Shown one piece after another: positions 39,450-48,200 of a stretch of DNA of 64,000 nt. Source of the DNA: Mytilus edulis (taxonomy: Eukaryota); contig NC_092355.1 in NCBI RefSeq assembly GCF_963676685.1, positions 1,798,001 through 1,862,000 of the forward strand. Direction: 5' to 3'. Every line of letters begins with the position of its first letter. Within the stretch, counting starts at the first letter, position 1. The notes beneath the pieces are model-generated. The model made no database searches and was not told where the DNA came from. It was given only the letters and a program-made list of their open reading frames with translations. A program made the position numbers and the translations under genes.

Positions 39450-40703
39450 TCAGATTGTAACGGCCCTTGACTGACTTATTTCAAGAAGCGATGAAAATCT
39501 AGCATACATGATTACTGTTATAGGTTCAGGTAACGGTGTTGCAAACTTCATTTCCACACGAGTTTGTCCCTTTTTCAAGATTGATGTGTCATCGCCGTCT
39601 TGAAAATCTATAACGTACATACAGTAGCCGTGCGTATAGTCGCCACGACTTATGTGTAATGCCGACGTAGTATTAGAGTACAAAGTTTGATACGCTTCTA
39701 CAAAGTTTCCAGCTGCGTAGTTAGGTACGAGGGGTCTTGATGGAAAATTCTGTCCATCAACCATGAAGTTCAAATAGTTGCAGTTGTAATGAAACATTTT
39801 AAACGGGTTTTTCTTGTAACTTCCATTGAACGACTCTGAGCTAACACATGATATGACTAAGGAATTGGGTACATTTCCAAGAAATAAATCTTCGGCACTG
39901 AACGAATAAATCCCGGCTGCTAGGCTATAGGTTTTAATGGTGGACTTCATGTAAGGATACAGTGCGGGGGATGCTTTCAATGCCTCGTTGTGCCCCAGCA
40001 TGATGCCAGAGTTCGGTTTAACTGTACACACCTTGAGATAGGCATCGACTATATGCACTTTGTAGTCAGGATTTGTTTCTGGAGACATGAGACGAAAAGC
40101 ATTCTTATGGGGCCACAGTTTGATCTGAATCGGCACTCCATTAAGGACGAGTCGTTTCTGTTGACACAAGTCCAAAAACAAGGGTCCTTCGTAATCGCAT
40201 ATTCGGCCTGATTGGGTTTCCTTGTATCTCATATATAATCCCGTATTAGGTCCGGATTCCGGATCTGGCTCATCAATGTCTGGTCCTCTGTCCTTATGAA
40301 AACCCCAGGCCGACATTTTACCATTCTGATCGTTTACGTTTGAATTTAAAATCATGTCAAAGTAAGCCTTATATGCATAATTAGTTCCAACATGGTTGAC
40401 GGCTTGGTGTTGGAGACTCATTTCCACTTGAGAAAATATACTGCTTAGAGGCACGTTTACAAGTCCTACCAAATTATCTGCAGTGACGGGAGATCCGTCG
40501 GAAGTTCTCAATTGCAGTTTGATGTGCAGTTTCAAGCGTTCTAAATCAAGATACGAGGTGGACGTGGCCGGTATGTTGAATTCAATGGGAGACTCCTCAA
40601 CGAGCTGATTGATGGGTCTGTATTCGATCCATTCCCGTCCCAGTAATCCAGTGTCCCGGGGTTGTCTATCGAACAAGGCAAGACTTTCACTCAATTTGTC
40701 CAT
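39450..40703 (-). CDS. Polinton major capsid protein (double jelly roll), 417 aa
   Basis: LALFD..WIEYRP..PIEFNIP..YLDL, SIFSQVE, YAYKAY, DLCQQKRLVLNGV, FNGSYKKNPF motifs and position in the element. Confidence 0.9.
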   Translation of the reverse strand: MDKLSESLALFDRQPRDTGLLGREWIEYRPINQLVEESPIEFNIPATSTSYLDLERLKLHIKLQLRTSDGSPVTADNLVGLVNVPLSSIFSQVEMSLQHQAVNHVGTNYAYKAYFDMILNSNVNDQNGKMSAWGFHKDRGPDIDEPDPESGPNTGLYMRYKETQSGRICDYEGPLFLDLCQQKRLVLNGVPIQIKLWPHKNAFRLMSPETNPDYKVHIVDAYLKVCTVKPNSGIMLGHNEALKASPALYPYMKSTIKTYSLAAGIYSFSAEDLFLGNVPNSLVISCVSSESFNGSYKKNPFKMFHYNCNYLNFMVDGQNFPSRPLVPNYAAGNFVEAYQTLYSNTTSALHISRGDYTHGYCMYVIDFQDGDDTSILKKGQTRVEMKFATPLPEPITVIMYARFSSLLEISQSRAVTI

Positions 40704-40754
40704 GGTATGTACAAGAAATATTTATAACAACACGTCTCCCTCTCTTATAGTAGT

Positions 40755-41030
40755 TCATCCATCGAAAACATCGCTAAATTTACGTTTGAGTGTTTTTCTT
40801 TTCAGATTTTTAATTTCTTCTTTGGCCATCTCGACAGCCTGTGCAGTTGGTGACACAATTTTCAGATCGGGTTCAGATGAACCCATTCCTTTCTGGTTGT
40901 CCTTGACGACGTATTGACCAGGGACATGGTTTCCAGACGTCATAGACAAAAAGTAATCCTTGTATTTATTGACGTTTGGTTCGAATGGCACCCAGGTCTT
41001 TGTGTCGTAATCGTAAACGTGTGTGGTCAT
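40755..41030 (-). CDS. Small Polinton protein with a basic tail (putative core protein)
   Basis: Tightly packed between mCP and MCP; QKGMG motif; VSPTAQAVEMAK helix; KRKTLKRK tail. Confidence 0.65.
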   Translation of the reverse strand: MTTHVYDYDTKTWVPFEPNVNKYKDYFLSMTSGNHVPGQYVVKDNQKGMGSSEPDLKIVSPTAQAVEMAKEEIKNLKRKTLKRKFSDVFDG

Positions 41031-41431
41031 ACTTGTTTCAAATGAAGAATGAAGGACACTGTTCCTAGTGCTTTAAATTCGGACAGGTGTTGGTCTCTTA
41101 TAGATATTTTGATGCAACTTAGATCCGATCGCGTAATTGCGAAATAGAAAGAATCCGTAAAGATCCAGTCTTTTTTATACACTGGAATTTCTCTCAGTAC
41201 AGCTAGTGTTTTATCTCCGACAAACGACTCCTCACAGAAATCAACACAAACAAAAACAGAGGTGACGTGCGGGGGAAACGCTATATCCAACGAACACTGT
41301 TTCAGACTGCATTTCCAATGTCCCTGTAAACGGATCGTCTGTGGTAGAGCAACCGTAAACTCTTGTGCATTGTTATGAGGAAAGTAATTCAGAGAGCAAT
41401 CACTCGATAGAAACAGGTAATGCTGGTTCAT
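41027..41431 (-). CDS. Minor capsid (penton) protein, compact 134 aa
   Basis: N-terminal YLFLSS..YFPHN..FTVALP..LQGHWKCSL and C-terminal IKISIRD..FILHLK, typical of Polinton mCP. Confidence 0.8.
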   Translation of the reverse strand: MNQHYLFLSSDCSLNYFPHNNAQEFTVALPQTIRLQGHWKCSLKQCSLDIAFPPHVTSVFVCVDFCEESFVGDKTLAVLREIPVYKKDWIFTDSFYFAITRSDLSCIKISIRDQHLSEFKALGTVSFILHLKQV

Positions 41432-41467
41432 TGCTGTTAATGGGGAAGTGTGTGGGTTTCGTTTTTC

Positions 41468-42570
41468 TTATACAAATTCCTTCACCTCACTCTCGAGAAT
41501 CCAAGAGTCGAATTTTTTAGGCCAATGCAACCACCTCACAAGCACTTCTTTCCTACCCCGGTATTTTCGTCGCTTGATAATTCGTTCCACTTTATATCGT
41601 GTGTTCTCATCCACCTTAACTCTTTGCAATTCTGGAAAATAATAGGTACCTTCTATCTCGTCGCCGAGCCAGTCTGTTAATCGGTATACCGGCGTATTGT
41701 CACGTCTGTAGCGGGACTGTATCTTAAATATTTCTCCAGTAAATCGTTGTTGGTATTCTCTCTCGAAGGTGCCCTCAAGTAAGTCAAACGGACCAGATCT
41801 CCGATTTTGAACATGTATTTTCTTTTTGCAACTCGTTTTTCCTTGTGGTACTTGGTGCGAATCAAATATTGTTGAAGTCTTACTTCGTCTTCGTTATCGT
41901 TGCCGACCTCCGAGGGTGACGTTCCTAGTGATCTATGGGTTGTATGGTTGTAGCTGTCAACGAGTGAATCTAAAACCAACCTGTATGATTTATTCTGGTT
42001 TTCTGAAATGTAGCGGTAAATTTTCATCTTCAGCGTTTTCTGTACCCTTTCTGCATAGGACGCCTTGACCTCGTTTTGAGTCAGGATGTGCTTGATGTTT
42101 TTGCCACGACAGAAGCGTTGGAAATTTCCGTTCGTGAACTCCGAACCCTTGTCTGTCCTCAAAACATTCGGAGTCCGACCGTTGCCGACAATTGATTCTA
42201 GAGCTCTTGTAACTTCGGAGCCGGTTTTCTGTTTCAGTAATCGACAATTCACAAATCTAGAAAAAATGTCAATGGTTACCAATCCATATCTGAAGCCCTG
42301 ATTGTCTTTTTGCAGGGAGGAGAGATCCATTAAATCGGCATCCCACTGACTGTCTATTCCGTCTACAACCACCCTATTTCTCCGGAATCGTCGACGTACT
42401 TGTCGGGTCAAGGTGTAAGCATCCTGTCCTTGTAACCATTGTCGTATGTGATACTTGCTGATGTCGTATTGTCCCTGACTTTTTGCAAAGTCGTACAGCT
42501 TTTCGACCCCCGAGAAAGACGCCGGACTTTTCGGATCGTAATAGATCGTTTTTAAATAGTCTTCCCACAT
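41468..42570 (-). pseudogene. Retroviral-like integrase with C-terminal chromodomain (one frameshift)
   Basis: YYDPKSPASFSG, WDADL, IDIFSR, TDKGSEF, AER. After a shift at ~41772 the frame reads FEREYQQRFTGEIF..YKVERIIKRR..VLVRWLHWPKKFDSWI to TAA at 41468. Confidence 0.92.
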
Positions 42571-42602
42571 GATTGATGTGTTGTGTATTTAACCCCCACT
42601 TC

Positions 42603-43130
42603 TTATAAATCACACAACAGCTCTAACTCCATTAACGTCGGATAAACATGATACTCTATATCTCTTTGGTCTTTCACCCCGGAGATCACCACCTTACCGG
42701 AATGAAAGCAAGTAAATCGCACGTGTCCCCTCGAAACGATAGCGCCAGGGAACAATTCCGGTTCATAATTTGCGGCAAAGGTATTCTTCAAGAGATTCAA
42801 ACGGAGGTGTCCGTTAAGACTGTGTGTCAACGACATGGTTAGTATCTTGACGTCGTGGAAGTTCACTGGCCATCCGTGTCTCTGAATCTGTCTTGCGTAT
42901 CGTCTCAATCTCAGCCTGGCTTCTTTTTCATCGAGGACAGCACCGTTGCAAACAATTTTCCCTCGCGCGTAAACCAAGCAGTTTCCTCCTATCTTTTTGT
43001 GTTTCCAGATAACCACATTGTGACGTTTCGCATCATACCTTACATTACACATGACCTTTTGCGTTAAGACAAGGAGGTCGATTGGACACCCGAGCTCCGC
43101 CGAACAGACGATGTTACTGACATGGATCAT
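42603..43130 (-). CDS. Divergent TATA-box-binding protein (TBP core, two repeats, 175 aa)
   Basis: SNIVCSAELGCPIDL, YDAKRH, GKIVCNGA, RRYARQIQRHG, NYEPELFPG and FHSGKVVISG align colinearly with the TBP core. First ATG is at 43130; the track start is a TTG. Confidence 0.93.
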   Translation of the reverse strand: MIHVSNIVCSAELGCPIDLLVLTQKVMCNVRYDAKRHNVVIWKHKKIGGNCLVYARGKIVCNGAVLDEKEARLRLRRYARQIQRHGWPVNFHDVKILTMSLTHSLNGHLRLNLLKNTFAANYEPELFPGAIVSRGHVRFTCFHSGKVVISGVKDQRDIEYHVYPTLMELELLCDL

Positions 43131-43165
43131 GGCTATCGTCTGGTTCAAACTTCTCAGTATTAGTG

Positions 43166-43177
43166 TTTATATAAGAG
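43166..43177. promoter_or_regulatory. Bidirectional TATA element between the TBP and ATPase genes
   Basis: TTTATATAAGAG reads TATATAAA toward TBP (ATG 43130) and TATATAAG/TATAAGAG toward the ATPase (ATG 43213), centred in an 82-bp gap. Confidence 0.75.
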
Positions 43178-43212
43178 CGACACACCGTACAGAGTACCTT
43201 TCTGTCTACATC

Positions 43213-43866
43213 ATGAAAACGCTTGTACCATTCGAAATGTGCAGTAGTATGATTATATCTGGAGCGACGGGAAGTGGGAAAAGTACCTGGATATACAATT
43301 TTTTGCAAAATATCGACGACATGTATACAGACCAAAGTCCGGAGAAGGTACTGTACTGCTATGGGATCTACCAAGACCTGTTTATAGACATGGAAAGAAA
43401 TTGTCCGAGATTATCGTTCCATCAAGGAATACCTACGCGAGAGGAGATAGAAGATTTCACCGCCAATGGCAAACATAATCTGATCGTGTTGGACGACCTC
43501 ATGCACGTGGTCGTGGACAATGCCGAAATGGAATTGCTTTTCACTCAGGGGTGTCATCACAGGAAGCTCTCTGTGATATTTGTCACCCAGCAACTATTTT
43601 ATCAGGGTAAGAAAGCACGGACCATTGCCCTCAATACATGGTACATGGTGCTACTAAAGAACTTACGGAACGTGGCCCAGGTTTCCACCCTGGGACGTCA
43701 ACTGTTTCCGGGGAAAGGTAACGCCTTAGCGAATGCTTATCAAGATTGTCTGAAAACGCCATATGGTTATTTAGTTGTAGATATGGCGCCGAATACAAAC
43801 GATCTATATCGACTCCGGACCAACGTTTTCCCGGGAGAGGACCCCCTCATTTATTCCGCATTATAA
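43213..43866 (+). CDS. A32/FtsK-like genome packaging ATPase
   Basis: Walker A GATGSGKS, Walker B LIVLDD, HHRKLSVIFVTQ, PYGYLVVD. Real start is probably the ATG at 43213. Confidence 0.93.
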   Translation: MKTLVPFEMCSSMIISGATGSGKSTWIYNFLQNIDDMYTDQSPEKVLYCYGIYQDLFIDMERNCPRLSFHQGIPTREEIEDFTANGKHNLIVLDDLMHVVVDNAEMELLFTQGCHHRKLSVIFVTQQLFYQGKKARTIALNTWYMVLLKNLRNVAQVSTLGRQLFPGKGNALANAYQDCLKTPYGYLVVDMAPNTNDLYRLRTNVFPGEDPLIYSAL

Positions 43867-43901
43867 GAGGAATCTTTGTGACTGTGTATGTTTTGGAAAG
43901 T

Positions 43902-44216
43902 ATGAGCGATACCATTACAAAAAACGGCAGTTTCCTGAAGTTCTTTTTAACGGCAAACACGCTTCAGAAAAAAGTCATGTTACAGAATGTATCGCTTCAA
44001 CAGACCAAAGCCCTGTCGGAAATAGCGGTCAATTTGCTAAACGATACAGTTGATTTGCCAGCCCAAACGAAAATGCAACTCAAAAGATATAAGAAGGTAT
44101 ATCGGTTAATAGGCAGCAGACGAACGAGCTTGAAAAACAAACAGAACGTTTTAAGGTCCTCCTATCGTGCCATCACATTAATGTTGCAAGGGTTCTGGTC
44201 TCATCTTGGATTATGA
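43902..44216 (+). CDS. Conserved small basic Polinton protein (PW/PM-type; name uncertain)
   Basis: ALSEIAVNLL..LKRYKKVYRLIG..SLKNKQ pattern; TATAAGAG 40 bp upstream of the ATG. Confidence 0.7.
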   Translation: MSDTITKNGSFLKFFLTANTLQKKVMLQNVSLQQTKALSEIAVNLLNDTVDLPAQTKMQLKRYKKVYRLIGSRRTSLKNKQNVLRSSYRAITLMLQGFWSHLGL

Positions 44217-44632
44217 GTTCCGTACAGAAGGACGTTTTGATACCGTACGACAGATACCAGCAGTTAATCAAAAGATCTACCAAATATCAAATTCAATCGG
44301 GCCAGGGACAACGTTTAGAGGAAAGGTCCATTGTAGACGCCATTCCGACTGATCAGACCCATCGCGCCCAGGAGATTTTACGACTCATTCGGGACAGTCC
44401 AGAACAACCCTTGAACTGGAATGAAAACGGAGAAATCATTTACAGGGGGACATTGAAACGGGGATCGAGCATCACGAAACTTTTAAGACATCTAGTGAGT
44501 GGATCTAAAACAACCAAACCTATTGGACAACGAGAATTCCTCAAGAGTCTGAAAGAAATGGGCGTCACTGTTAGTTTGATAACCCAATCGATCCCAAGAC
44601 CACCGGGAAAGCGAAAATGGATGACCTTATAA
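44213..44632 (+). CDS. Conserved Polinton protein (PZ-type; name uncertain)
   Basis: VLIPYDRY, WNENGEIIYRG..GSSITKLL, PIGQREFLKSL. Confidence 0.75.
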   Translation: MSSVQKDVLIPYDRYQQLIKRSTKYQIQSGQGQRLEERSIVDAIPTDQTHRAQEILRLIRDSPEQPLNWNENGEIIYRGTLKRGSSITKLLRHLVSGSKTTKPIGQREFLKSLKEMGVTVSLITQSIPRPPGKRKWMTL

Positions 44633-44667
44633 GAGTGGTGAGGGCCTGTATTCATCATTTCCACAGA

Positions 44668-45048
44668 ATGGAGGATTACGAGAGAGTGGAACGGGACTTC
44701 AAATTGCATTTCAATGTCATAAAAATTATTGGTGTTCTGTTAATGCTATACAGTACGGTGATAACGATTTTGTTGGGAATAAACGTGAAGCCTGGCGGTG
44801 TTTCAATGGACTGTACCTTACGTTTAAGAAATAGCAAAGGCTGTCAGCCCAGAGACCAGTTTCCACTGACAAACGGTGCATATGTGACTGTGTGTACAAG
44901 AAGAGGCGTGGACATAAGACATTATATAAACGACAAAGTTCCAGCAGAGGGTGTGCACCTGAATCAAAGACAGTGGGTTTATTTGAAACGTTCAATGGCT
45001 CACATCGATCGTGCCATATCGACGGGAAACAATACCTCAACCCTGTGA
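44668..45048 (+). CDS. Transmembrane-anchored PC4-like protein
   Basis: Hydrophobic IIGVLLMLYSTVITILLGINV followed by FPLTNGAYVTV..VDIRHY..GVHLNQRQWVYLK..IDRAI (PC4 pattern). Confidence 0.7.
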   Translation: MEDYERVERDFKLHFNVIKIIGVLLMLYSTVITILLGINVKPGGVSMDCTLRLRNSKGCQPRDQFPLTNGAYVTVCTRRGVDIRHYINDKVPAEGVHLNQRQWVYLKRSMAHIDRAISTGNNTSTL

Positions 45049-45214
45049 TTTTTTTTTTTTTTTTTTTTTTTTTTCTCATATGAAAAAAGGAGAGACGAGA
45101 TGTATTTATGTACCATACATGTTTAGTTTTTTTTAGCTGTACCATTATTAAAGAATAGAAAACGAGGTGTTCATTTTGTATTATCGCACAAATAAATAAA
45201 AACACAGAGTTTAT

Positions 45215-48200
45215 TCAAAATCCGTACGGAATCGTCGTCATGTCATCCTTGACGACTCTCTTCGTATATACCACTTGGTATTTCTTTGATTGTTCTCTGT
45301 TGTAGATAAGGGACATTGGCCGATTCCTGACGATCTTTGTCTTGTCCACGAGCTCGATCTTCCTCTTCTTTGTGGATGGTTCTTCGTCCTCGTTCGGAGA
45401 GAACAACAGGCCCTTGATGGCGTCGAAATTGACGAGTTTTGAATTCTCGTAATTCAACGAGAATCCACGGACCTTGCATACTTCCTGACCATCGGATCTT
45501 CTGTAGGCGTAATTTTTGGGGCCACCGCTAACGAATTCCTCGATGTAGTGTCCCTCCAATTCGTCGGTCAATTCTCCGAGGTAATCTCCCAGTGATAATG
45601 TCTGTGCATTCCGCCTTTCGATATAGATGACGGAATCTGTGTCGTGGTACAACACATTTTCTTTCAACTGGTCGAGAACATCGTACAACTTCAGACGGGC
45701 CCAGGATGTCGTGAAAGTGGCCAAGAAGATGTTCGTCTTCGTGTCTTCGTCAACGAAGTCGTTCACGTGAATCCACGATACCTGGACGATGTGGTCGTTG
45801 ACGATTTCAAAATTTAAAACTTGTTTCGTTGGATCGGTAAGCATCTGAAAAAATTCATCCATCTGGTTATCGTAAAAAAACATCACTTGTGTCAAGTTCA
45901 GTCTTTGGCCGAATTTGCCCCAGAACGAATTGAGACAAAGCTTGGCCACAGCACGCAGTCCTGGGTTTTTCTCTATGGCATCCCAGTCCAGACGAACCCC
46001 CTCTTTCTGGAAATAACTTTCGATGTACGTCTTCTTTTGATCCGTAGTCCTACACCAGGCGGGAAAGTCGGACGCTTCCTGTTTGTATTTTAGAAAAGTG
46101 TTGATATAGCGAGCAAACAGTCCTCCGTCATTGGTCTCGTGGTCGTACATTGTAGTTTCCGGCCAGTGATATACTTCATACATTTTCACCACGGTGTATC
46201 CCTTTTCCATTGCTTTCATGATTTCGGGAGTGGTCCAGGTTCCAAGCAAACACCTCTGTTCGTCTGTGTGTTGACAAGGTGATTTAGACTCCTGGTCGGC
46301 ACATGTTTTACACAGCGGGAATTTCAATTTGCCCTGGTTTTTATACGGCAGAACTGGAAAAAACAGTTTTCTTGGAGGCAACATTTTTACCAGAGCGATA
46401 CCGAAGTAATCCTTCATCTCACTGAAATCGCTGTGAATAATATCTGGATGACCCACGGGGTACCGACACGTCTTGTTCGTCCAAGGGTATAGGCTCGTGA
46501 AATCGACGTATCGTATGAACTCCCCATCGGTTACCTCGTGATGCAGCCGGATTGCATTGGTTCTTCCACCATAGAAGCTATCTCGAGCATCCAAAGGTGG
46601 CTGTAAATCGAGGGAATTGACGAACCGTCTCATTTGTTCGTTTTCTTTCAGTTTCGATTGGAAATCGTGCTCCCAGATCGACACGTATTTGTAACCGGCA
46701 TTTTCGATGGTCTGCTTTCTGATTTTGGTCAGGTAATACAATTCTATCATCGTCTGCCTCGTCCCTGGAAGTCTGGTCTTGTCCCGTTCGTTCGGCATAC
46801 AGACTGGACACCCGTGCCACCTGCAGCCTAAAAACTCGTATACAGTATTGGTCTCTCTGCAATACCCATCGAAACGAATCCGTCGGCTGGGAAGACTGAC
46901 TTCACCACCATTCAAAGCGTGTTGGATCTTTTCCAGCTTTCCCTGTTTCTTGTTCTTTTCCATCACCCATTCCAACCATTCAATGCTCTCTTTACTGTAG
47001 TTGTCCAATCTTCGGTATCCTGCAGCCGGAATCAGAGCAATGGGCGATTTCACGAACTCGCGTTCGTGTTCTCGTATGCTCATCTCTTGGAGATCTGCAT
47101 GCGAGTACCATCTGTCTTCGTATCGAACGTCTATGTCGGACAGGTAGGTGTGCCATCCCAGGGATTTCTTTACTCTGACGTCCTCGTCGCCTTGGTGTTT
47201 TCTACATTCAACCACAAGATTGTGTGTGTGCAAGAGATCTTTTGGACTCAACCATCTATCGACGTACCATACTTCTCCATGTCCGTTGACCCATCGTGTC
47301 GGCAATGCGAGATCTGTGTTGGTTACTTAATGAACTCGGTGTTCCTCTTGAAGAAAACAGGTTCTAAATATGGTCATACACATACTGGCAATCGTCACAG
47401 AGTCGAAGGCATCCACGTCATTGTTTGTCTGTGTAAAGATCAACTCACGGAACTTTAAACAGGCCTTCCTCGGGATGGTTACGTCGTCACGACAGTAAGC
47501 CTCGATCTCTTTTGCAAAGTCAAATATGGCACCCTTTGATTTCTTTTCCTTGTACCATTTCAAGAAGTCGTGTCTATTTTCAACGTTCATGCTGTTCATG
47601 CCGTAGTCCTGCGGAGCTGGATATTCACCAATGTAGTTTTGATTTTCAATCGTGTTGAAAAATGAGGGAAGTAACCTTTCCTGATTTCCTCGTCTTCTGC
47701 TGTCAGGGAGAACGTTTTCGGCAGTTTTTTCAACGACATTGGTAAAAAATTCAGAGAGTCGACCAGTCTGATATGTAGCCCCTTGCCGACGTACATGCTC
47801 ATTATCTTGGAGCCGTTGTATATAATGTGTGTCGGTGTCATGCAGTTGTCCACCAGATACCTCAGGATGAAGGTGCCGTCGTATCCTTGTAGGTTGTGGG
47901 CAACGACTTTAGCTCCGAAATGTTTTTCTTGAAATAGCCAACGTCCGAAATGAACCGCTGACTCATATCCCTTGAAAACCATTTCTCGGTTGCCACAGGT
48001 GTCGGCACAAGGTGACCTGATGTACGACCCTTCTTTCTTCTTTTCACATTTCGTGCACCTGGTGCCACAGTTTTTGCACCGGACCTCGATCGGCTTCTCC
48101 TGACAGGCACTACAGCTAGTATGGGCGACTACAAAGTTGGGTTTGTGCTGGTTTCGTCCACACCAGTCCGTACTGCAATGTTGGCAGACTCTGCTTCCTT

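Noticed and set aside
39515-39522. TATAACAG upstream of the protease as a member of the TATAAGA set
   Set aside because: It mismatches the motif and is 74 bp from the ATG, inside MCP coding sequence; not counted.
41765-41780. Programmed frameshifts in integrase or PolB (also ~47660)
   Set aside because: Both are single-base losses in short homopolymers within normally continuous domains; mutation or assembly error is simpler.
42603-43148. Host TBP gene or retrocopy
   Set aside because: It is far too divergent from the highly conserved metazoan TBP, lies inside the TIRs, and its stop codon is integrated into the integrase promoter motif.
43051-43212. Longer N-termini given by the ORF track (ATPase 43051, ORF 43746, ORF 44617, PC4 38312)
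   Set aside because: They overlap neighbouring genes or lie upstream of the TATA-like boxes; the downstream ATGs fit better.
40743-44634. Baculovirus-type late promoter (DTAAG) interpretation of the motif
   Set aside because: It contains ATAAG, but the element has no RNA polymerase genes. The 37-46-bp spacing to the ATG fits a TATA-position element used by Pol II.
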